This document shows, piece by piece, positions 56,869 through 64,000 of a stretch of DNA of 64,000 bases. This stretch comes from Chrysomallon squamiferum (Eukaryota > Animalia > Mollusca). The stretch is from NCBI GenBank assembly GCA_012295275.1, contig CM022670.1, forward strand, positions 32,922,001-32,986,000, in the 5' to 3' direction. The position numbers were made by a program, and so were the translations under genes. How positions within the stretch are numbered: position 1 is the first letter of the stretch; the number at the start of each line of letters is the position of its first letter. The notes beneath the pieces are model-generated. The model did not search any database and was not told where the DNA came from. It saw only the letters and a list, made by a program, of their open reading frames with translations.

Positions 56869-57897
56869 TATTAAAATCTGGTTTAACAGCTCTTCAGAGC
56901 TGAAAATGTATGATGGAGATGGATCCTTACAAATTAATTCTTCTTCTGAATCAAATATACTTAATAAGCCTAAAAAAAATTATAATTCTTGAAAGTTTAA
57001 AAATATTTTTAAGCCTAAAATAGAATGAATTTGCTAAAATATTGACAAGTTTGTCACTTAAAATTGTAGCGATGGTCCTTATATGATTTAAAAACGATCT
57101 AATAAAATTTTTATGACTGAACATGATTTGTCTGATATGTTAAGTATTTTCTCTTTATGAGAGAGAGAGAGAAAAAAAATTAAATATATATAAAAAAAAC
57201 ACATTAAGAAAACCATAGATTTAATAATGTGTTATAGACAAATAACCGAACCATTATTTGTTCGTGTGTTTGTGTATGTGAATTTGTTTAGTGTGTGCGT
57301 GGAAATACACACACATGTCTGTATGCATATATATATATGTATGTATGTATGTATGTGTAGATAGATAGACAGAATAATATACACACACATACATAAACAT
57401 ACATCTATATTAGCAAAAACAAAATACACACTATATATAATATTTATGATAGACCATTTATATAAAAAAATTGTATTTTTCATTTAAAAAGAATGAACCA
57501 ATTCAAATATAGTATAACCAGCAAATTAAATATCGAATAAAAGGAAAAGTTCTCAACGATTACGTTTTAAAATACAAATTAGATAAATATGCTGAAAACA
57601 GAAATAATGACATCCTTTTCTACAGCTTGTTTTCTCACCAAATATCCTTTGAAAGTAATGGATTTATACAATATATGATGTAATTAAGTAATTTAGTAGC
57701 AAACTCAACTTCTTTTTTATTTTTCCTTATAAATTCTGAACAAATATTAAGCAAAATGTGGAATGCTATTTGGCATTAATCACACAAAATGAAAGGTTGT
57801 AAAATGGTATATCTAATTCAGTTTACAAACAATGACAACATTTTTATATTATTATTATAATGAAGTAATTAACTTCTAGCCATTCTTTTCTTCCCAG

Positions 57898-57966
57898 GTT
57901 CATCATTTGCGAAATCCCTAAGTGTTAACGAGGATTTGTGGCTTCAAGATGTTCAAAAGAGAAACT
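57898..57966 (+). CDS. Coding exon 2 of the putative neuropeptide precursor (G-SSFAKSLSVNEDLWLQDVQKRN)
   Basis: Acceptor ttcttttcttcccag| and donor |GTAAGT at 57967; 69 nt, phase 1-1, no stop; completes the signal peptide (SFA/KS) and encodes the dibasic site KR. Confidence 0.85.
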
Positions 57967-57996
57967 GTAAGTATTAAACGTTAACGTACGAAGAAT

Positions 57997-59169
57997 CAGT
58001 GCCGGATTAACAACGCAGGAGATTAGCAAATGATAGGGGCCCCGTGCTTTCTTGGACCCTGCGTATCACTTTAAAAAAAACAAATTGCTGGGTATCACGA
58101 TTTCGACTATAGGCTTTGGTATTTTTTTTGTGTAGAGGTTCGTTTTTGAACAGTTTTGTTGTTGAAATTTTCTTTCCTCACCAGCCAGTGGACCACAACT
58201 AGTTCATTAGTTGCTTTGTCGTAAATACACTGAAGAAACGTTTGCAAGCCTATGAGGAAATCAGTAACAAGTTTGGCTTCTTGCGAAATTTAATGTCGAT
58301 GTCCGAGAAGCTACTGTCAAATTCGGCCATGGCTCTCATTAATAAGTACCCAGATGATTTGGAGACAATCCAGGCAAACGAACTTCTTCAGATCGTGGCA
58401 CTTCTCAACACGGAGTGTGGCAAGCGGGCTGCAACAACTGATCCGAGTGCTTCTCAGTCAGATGCTGCAGCTGATGATCAGGACAACTGGCGATGACAGG
58501 CGGCGGGACATTGGAGCTGCTCATTTACCGTCTCATCAGAGATCACAACATGCAATCATGTTTTCCTAATATTGAAATAAATATACGCAAGTATTTGATT
58601 TGTGTATCATAGTTATAAACTGTGCCGTATAAAAAATGCACAAAGAACGATGATGGGAGAAAAAGGTTTAAATATGCTGACTCTGATGAGCATCGAATGC
58701 GAGTTGCTGAGAACGGTTGACTCTACTTCCATTACACAAAAATCTTAAAATCTCGAAGGCGCGATATATAATTTAATCTGAGCCTGAATCACACATGTCT
58801 ACTGGCTAAAACCATGACCCACGTTTTCGGTGTATACATGCATCATAGTTTAATGGCATTTGGACTGGTCTTTAATATTGTTGGCATGATTCCTTTTGTT
58901 TCGACAATACATCTGAGTGATTGTTCAAACATTAAGGTGTGATTTATATTGCATGTAAAACTATGATAATAGCGGGCGTGGGTTGATGGGGGTGCATTTA
59001 CTTTTGTAACTAGCCAGTAGTAGGGACAGGTCAGAAAGCGTGCCTGTCGTAGACGTGCTTTACAACAGCTTGCTCTGATTAGCACGTTCATTTTTAAAAA
59101 TTTCAAGTTTCAAGTAGGGGTCTATGCTACGTTTTGCTATGGACCCCGCAGTTGCTTAGTCCTGCTCGG
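57997..59169 (+). mobile_element. Decayed, internally deleted hAT-superfamily DNA transposon in the intron after coding exon 2
   Basis: Left end cagtgccggattaa...gataggggccccg; right end gctatggaccccg...ttagtcctgctcgg (10/14 match to the reverse complement of the left end); flanking 8-mers cgaagaat / tgtggaat (5/8, possible eroded TSD); carries a hAT transposase C-terminal remnant. Confidence 0.8.
58155..58771 (+). pseudogene. hAT transposase C-terminal remnant (ZMYM1-like type, including the dimerisation domain region)
   Basis: Reads FVVEIFFP...LKKRLQAYEEISNKFGFL...LINKYPDDLE...NELLQ, then LIYRLIRDHNMQSCFPNIEINIRKYL/CIIVINCA/IKNAQRTMMGEKGLNMLTLMSIECELLRTVD. FPNI, NC, IKN..R..M...LN.L.LMSIE.ELL are hallmark hAT dimerisation-domain motifs. 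Multiple frameshifts. Confidence 0.88.
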
Positions 59170-61811
59170 TGTGGAATACACACCGTGGATAGCAGTCTAT
59201 ACACATTCAAACTGGGTTGGAACAAAAGTTTATGGCGTTTTAAATGTGAAATTCAAAAACACTATTTAGATATTTGCACACAGATTTATTAATCCGTATA
59301 TATGCCATTTTATTCACCTTTCAGAATATGTATATAATTATATGATATATTTTAGTCACATATGAAACAAAATAACGTTCGCAAATGCTACCTGTTGAAA
59401 ATACGCCATGAACTGTTGTCCCAAACCAATACAATATTACAGGCTCTTATTTGTATTATTTCTCTTTTTTCTGTAATATTCCGTCAGAATCAGAATTTGA
59501 ATTCATAACATTTTAAAGAATATATATGACAACATATATTAAATATAATGAATAAACGTATACAGACAGTAAAATAATTAAAATGTCTGAAATGTTTGAA
59601 CAGCAAAAGAAACCTTCCTAGTTATTTGTTAGTTTATTATGTTAATGTGATTAAAACAGTTACGAGCAAAATAAAGACCAACAAGCAGGCTATGCATTCA
59701 ACCTTTATAAACTCCGCAATTAGGAGATACTTCGAACTGAAATAAACAACGAAAAAATTAAAAAAAAAAAAAAAAAAAAATGAGAGAAAAGTCGCTATTG
59801 GTCGCTTTTGGAAATACTTCGAAACATAAACCAGGTTTCTTTTGCCATTGTTTTTGACATAAAAACTATAATAATATATTTTACATTTTGATTTCTTATA
59901 TCTTCTTTTTTTCTTCTTCCTCATTTTTTATTTTTTAAATTTTTTAAATTTATTATTACTTTCTTTTCCTGAGAAACGAAAAACACGGAAGTAACATAAT
60001 GCATTATTCTAGTTTTTGAAGTTTTAATTTCTGTCAGTTTGAAAATAATAATAATATGACTTTCTTTCTTTTTATAATGAAACATTTTTTAAAAGGACTG
60101 TGTTATTATATTAATTCATCTGTTTTAACATTTGTGAAAATAACACTGTTGTCAGTTCAGTTTTATTCAGTTTGAGTCTGAAATAATTATAGTACAGAAT
60201 TCCCTAACTTATAACTGATTCTTAGTCGTTATTGTTTCTGGCTGCAAGGAGTTGGGTTTGTGTGGGTGTAGACTGAATGATGAAAAAAAGAAAGACTAAA
60301 AGAAAATGGAAGAAAATACAAAGTCGTATAAACGTTTGGCCATCTTTATGAAAGAAAAGGGGGAAAAAGTAGAAAAGACAATTATTTCTAAAGACTTGCT
60401 TCGTTTTATCAACCGAGTTTCAAACACGGTATATTTTAAAATATATTAAAAGAGGAATTTGATGGTACATTCATATTTGTAAGTAAATGATGACATCATT
60501 ACAACTAATAACGGAAAACCCCTTCACGAAATACAGATGTATCATTCAAACTAGAGATATGAATCCATAGCTTTAATTTTGAAAGGTATTTAAAATTTTA
60601 ATTTTTTTTAAATTACTCGTGTTTTCAAAGGAAGATGTCATAATTAAAACATAATTATAAAGCAATGTAAAACCCGTGCAGGGATAACACACATATTGCA
60701 AACATTTGTACATTACTTTACCCTCTTCACTGACGTCTGTGTGCTGTGCTTGAGGCACTACAACGGGAACTATAGCCTCTGGCCACTGCTTGAATCACAG
60801 TTCTCAATCTTTAATGATCTCTTAATGCAAGCAGAAGTTACGGGGGCAGAGCCACAATGTGGACGGCACTTCGCTTTCTGATAATTAATAGCGAATCTTG
60901 AAAACATGTTTGCCCTAAAGACTTTCAAGCCTCTGACGCTCCCTTCAAGACACGAGTGAGAACATGATTGCCCAGGGAAAACGTGTGTAAGGTATCCATC
61001 GATTAACGCCTGGCACGTGTGTTTTCTTGCCCACTCTGTCGTCTCGCACTCACGAGCGCACTGAAACTCAAGCTACAGAGATCTTGCCTCAGGAATCGTA
61101 AATCACTCGGGTTTTTTTCCCCCACTCTTCTTTAGTTAACGGTAGAGCTATTTCCCAATCTGTTCAAGCTCCACAGCTGGTTAAAAAGTATCATGATGTG
61201 GAATTCATATATTTGGCAATATACATATATAAAAGAAATCTGTTGTTTCTAATCAGTTAAAAAATGATGTCAGTTTAGTGTTTTCTGTTATTTATTTAAT
61301 CCTTACAATAAAAAAAAAAAAAAAAAAAAATTCAGGTTTCCCCAAGCAAATAACTGTTATTACTTTTCGCCATATACCTATTGTTGTTCTTTTTATTATT
61401 TTTCCTATCAGATTCAGAAGTACAAGTATTAAAAATATGTAAAGAAAGATTCTGTATTGTAAAAATAGAATGTGACAAATAAAATAACAATCATAGACTA
61501 TGATTTTTACAGTCAAGATACATTATTTCTGAACAACCGAGCAGCCTTTCTATATTAACATCCATATTTAATCAAAATATTTTAGTTTTCTAAATGAATA
61601 GACGGCTGTTAAATATGATGATATTGACCTGCTTTAACTAAAATAATGGTAAGAATGTGTTTATTGGACTATTTTACACAACCCAACAAAAGAAAAACAA
61701 AACATTCTTAAATCAAGAACAAACTTTTTAAAAATGTTCTGTTTAAGAACAAATTTTAAAAATTAAAATAAAAGGATATTTTATTGCTAATATTTTCATT
61801 GTTTATTTCAG

Positions 61812-61874
61812 CATGGTGGAGTAAGAAATCACTAAATGAATACGGCCCCGACGATCAAAGTGATTATTATAAAA
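61812..61874 (+). CDS. Coding exon 3 of the putative neuropeptide precursor (S-WWSKKSLNEYGPDDQSDYYK + 1 nt)
   Basis: Branch-like tgctaat, acceptor ttttcattgtttatttcag|, donor |GTAAGT at 61875; 63 nt, phase 1-1; in frame with exon 2, giving KR-NSWWS-KK followed by an acidic segment. No stop codon reached. Confidence 0.85.
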
Positions 61875-62460
61875 GTAAGTAAAGAGTTTTTAGATAATGA
61901 TTTGTCAGTCGTGAAAGTTTACAAAATCTTAATCAGATGCACGCACCAGAATCAAAGGCTCGTTAGGAATGGAAACCCTATGTATTCACAGTGGACTTCA
62001 CAATTAGAAGTAAAACCAAATCTCATCCATCGAGTTAGATATGTACGATAGTCCAAAATGTCGCTTTTGAATTCCAAAAGATATGCTATACTGTATGTCG
62101 TTATCCCAGAAGCGGATGGATCATTTCAGGAAAGTGGGGACACCAGCACTGTGGTAGGATGAAACGAGTTTCGTTACATAACAAAAACACTAACAATAAC
62201 AGTAATGATGATCAGGATGTTGGTGATGATGATGATGACGACGATGATAGGAACTTCGCCGATTGTGAAAACACTGGATGAGGAATTTGTTATGGTTCTC
62301 TCTCGCTTGCATTAGCTTATGAACACTAAACATTTTTTATTTTTTAATATCAGTTGACAGGAATGGAGAAAAGGATTTATTTTATTGAATAGACTTAAAT
62401 CAGACCATACTGAATTATAGGCCTAACTTAGTAATAATAATCGTCCGTCTTTTACTGGTT

Positions 62461-62565
62461 TTTTTATTTATTTATTTATTTATTTATTATTTTTATTCAA
62501 TATTTATTTATTTATTTATTTATTATTTTTATTCCAATATTTATTTATTTATTTATTTATTTATT
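62461..62565. repeat. (TTTA)n with a higher-order ~38-bp duplication
   Basis: The interruption attatttttattc(c)aatat occurs twice inside the TTTA tract. Confidence 0.85.
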
Positions 62566-62852
62566 AACAGATCGCGACATATCTAAAGGTTCAGGCTTGA
62601 ATACCCGAAGCTCCACGGAACTATATAGTAAGTAGAATTTGTGGACAACCGTCATTTTCAGTTTCATTGTTAAAGATCTAAACAGAAAAACTATAATCAT
62701 TCTTTTTTAAATGAACTGCTACAATAGTAAACTAAGAATATTTTGCCGGATTAGAAAATCAGGATTGAAAACTCTCAGAAGGATTAAAAAAGGAAAACGT
62801 ACTTAATGTAGACTACTAAAACTAAAAGATATATTCACGTTTACATTAACAG

Positions 62853-63020
62853 AATATTACTTACCATGTCCTTGTAGTGCAATTTTTGATATTGCGGAAA
62901 CACTAAAATATTACTTACCATGTCCTTGTAGTGCAATTTTTGATATTGCGGAAACACTAAAATATTATTTACCATGTCCTTGTAGTGCAATTTTTGATAT
63001 TGCGGAAACACTAAAATATT
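62853..63020. repeat. 54-bp tandem repeat, about 3.1 copies
   Basis: Unit aatattacttaccatgtccttgtagtgcaatttttgatattgcggaaacactaa starts at 62853, 62907 and 62961; one substitution in the third copy. Confidence 0.95.
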
Positions 63021-64000
63021 TCTTTTCACGAAATGAGAAGCTCTCAGTCTTTGTAAATGGATAAACTTTCCAAGTATATTATTGTATTAACAATTTCTGT
63101 TATCTACGCATTTCTTGTGGAACCACTGAAGGAGATCGTATCCCTTTTGAGGATCAGTGTTAAACTGAATAAATATTACTAGGAGACTGGCAAAATGAAC
63201 ATAAGAAATCTCTTGCTGTTAAGAGAAAAACAAAAATAGCCAACATATTCTATTTGAAATTGCAAATACATCAAACTGAAAAACTGATATGAGATACCAC
63301 AACAAGCTTTCACATCATTATGCTTTTCTATGCCGACATTGGGAATTGAACTGATTATCTAAAAAAAAAAAAAACCCAGACGATCTCATCAACAATTGGT
63401 GGTAGAGTGTGTTGAACTAATTGCTTCAACGCTGTACAGTGTTTGTTTTCAAATTAACCTAAATCTGGAGCACAAATTATGCCCCAACAGGAAGGTATTT
63501 ATGGGGATTCGACGTGCTGGAGTGTAGTGTTTACATTGTTAGGCGACCGAATTGAAACTGTCTTACTGTTTTCCATTATTTTTACATGGTCATGATAATC
63601 TTGCACTTTACGAAAGAAGCTACAGAAAATGTAGGCAATATTTTTCTTTCTTTATTTCTCACAATACCCTAATTTCAGAGCAATTTAAGAAGAATCACTT
63701 GTTTTATTAAAATAATCTTATATGTTTTGAAAGATGAACATTTTTTATATTTATTTATCTGAAATGTCAAAATTTCAAAAATAAAATAAATGTTATTAAA
63801 AGCTGATCCTTAAACATGTCATCATTATTACATAATCTTTCAATTCAATATATATTTCTAAAGTTAAAAGTTAAGTATCAACGTTCTTCTTTCTATCTGT
63901 CTGTTAGTCTGTTTTCTTTATGAGATCGTTGACTTTTTTGGCTTTTTCTTTCTTTGAATTTATAGATTAAATCATGATCTGATCAGTGAATATTGGTTTT

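Noticed and set aside
58242-58496. 84-aa ORF as a host gene or as an exon of the peptide gene
   Set aside because: It is one frame of a frameshifted hAT transposase remnant lying between transposon ends.
59167-59200. Hairpin cggtgtg-gaata-cacaccg as a Helitron 3' end or terminator
   Set aside because: Only a 7-bp stem, not followed by a CTRR end or U-tract, and it overlaps the hAT right end and putative TSD.
60970-61045. Possible pre-miRNA-like hairpin in the intron before exon 3
   Set aside because: Pairing depends on many G-U wobbles and is too short; not supportable without folding and small-RNA data.
62130-62154. Alternative exon 4 (cag|GAAAGTGGGGACACCAGCACTGTG|gtagga)
   Set aside because: No pyrimidine tract, and it lies within a transposon-end-like motif seen elsewhere in the window.
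62841-63029. Repeat-protein ORF or CRISPR-like array
   Set aside because: Head-to-tail 54-bp units with no unique spacers and no cas genes, in eukaryotic DNA; the ORF exists only because the unit is a stop-free multiple of 3.

Overview
Eukaryotic, very AT-rich, microsatellite-dense genomic DNA. The repeat style and gene structure suggest an invertebrate, probably a mollusc or other lophotrochozoan (inference). Almost all ORFs in the supplied track are artefacts of simple repeats. The main find is invisible to that track: three short + strand coding exons (52411-52477, 57898-57966, 61812-61874) with canonical GT-AG sites, all phase 1. They splice in frame to MLQTSWIHITAVLTLSLLLTQTGSSFAKSLSVNEDLWLQDVQ-KR-NSWWS-KK-SLNEYGPDDQSDYYK..., a signal-peptide-bearing neuropeptide-precursor-like protein. 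Its 3' end is unresolved and probably lies beyond the window. A CCAAT/GC-box/CRE-containing CpG-rich segment lies just upstream of the ATG exon. Also present: two internally deleted Tigger/pogo-type DNA transposons in inverted orientation (26292-27058, 37586-38363), a decayed hAT element 30 bp downstream of coding exon 2, a palindromic MITE-like hairpin, several tandem duplications and minisatellites, and many microsatellites. I found no convincing host coding exon in the first ~52 kb. All calls were made by eye; no searches were run.
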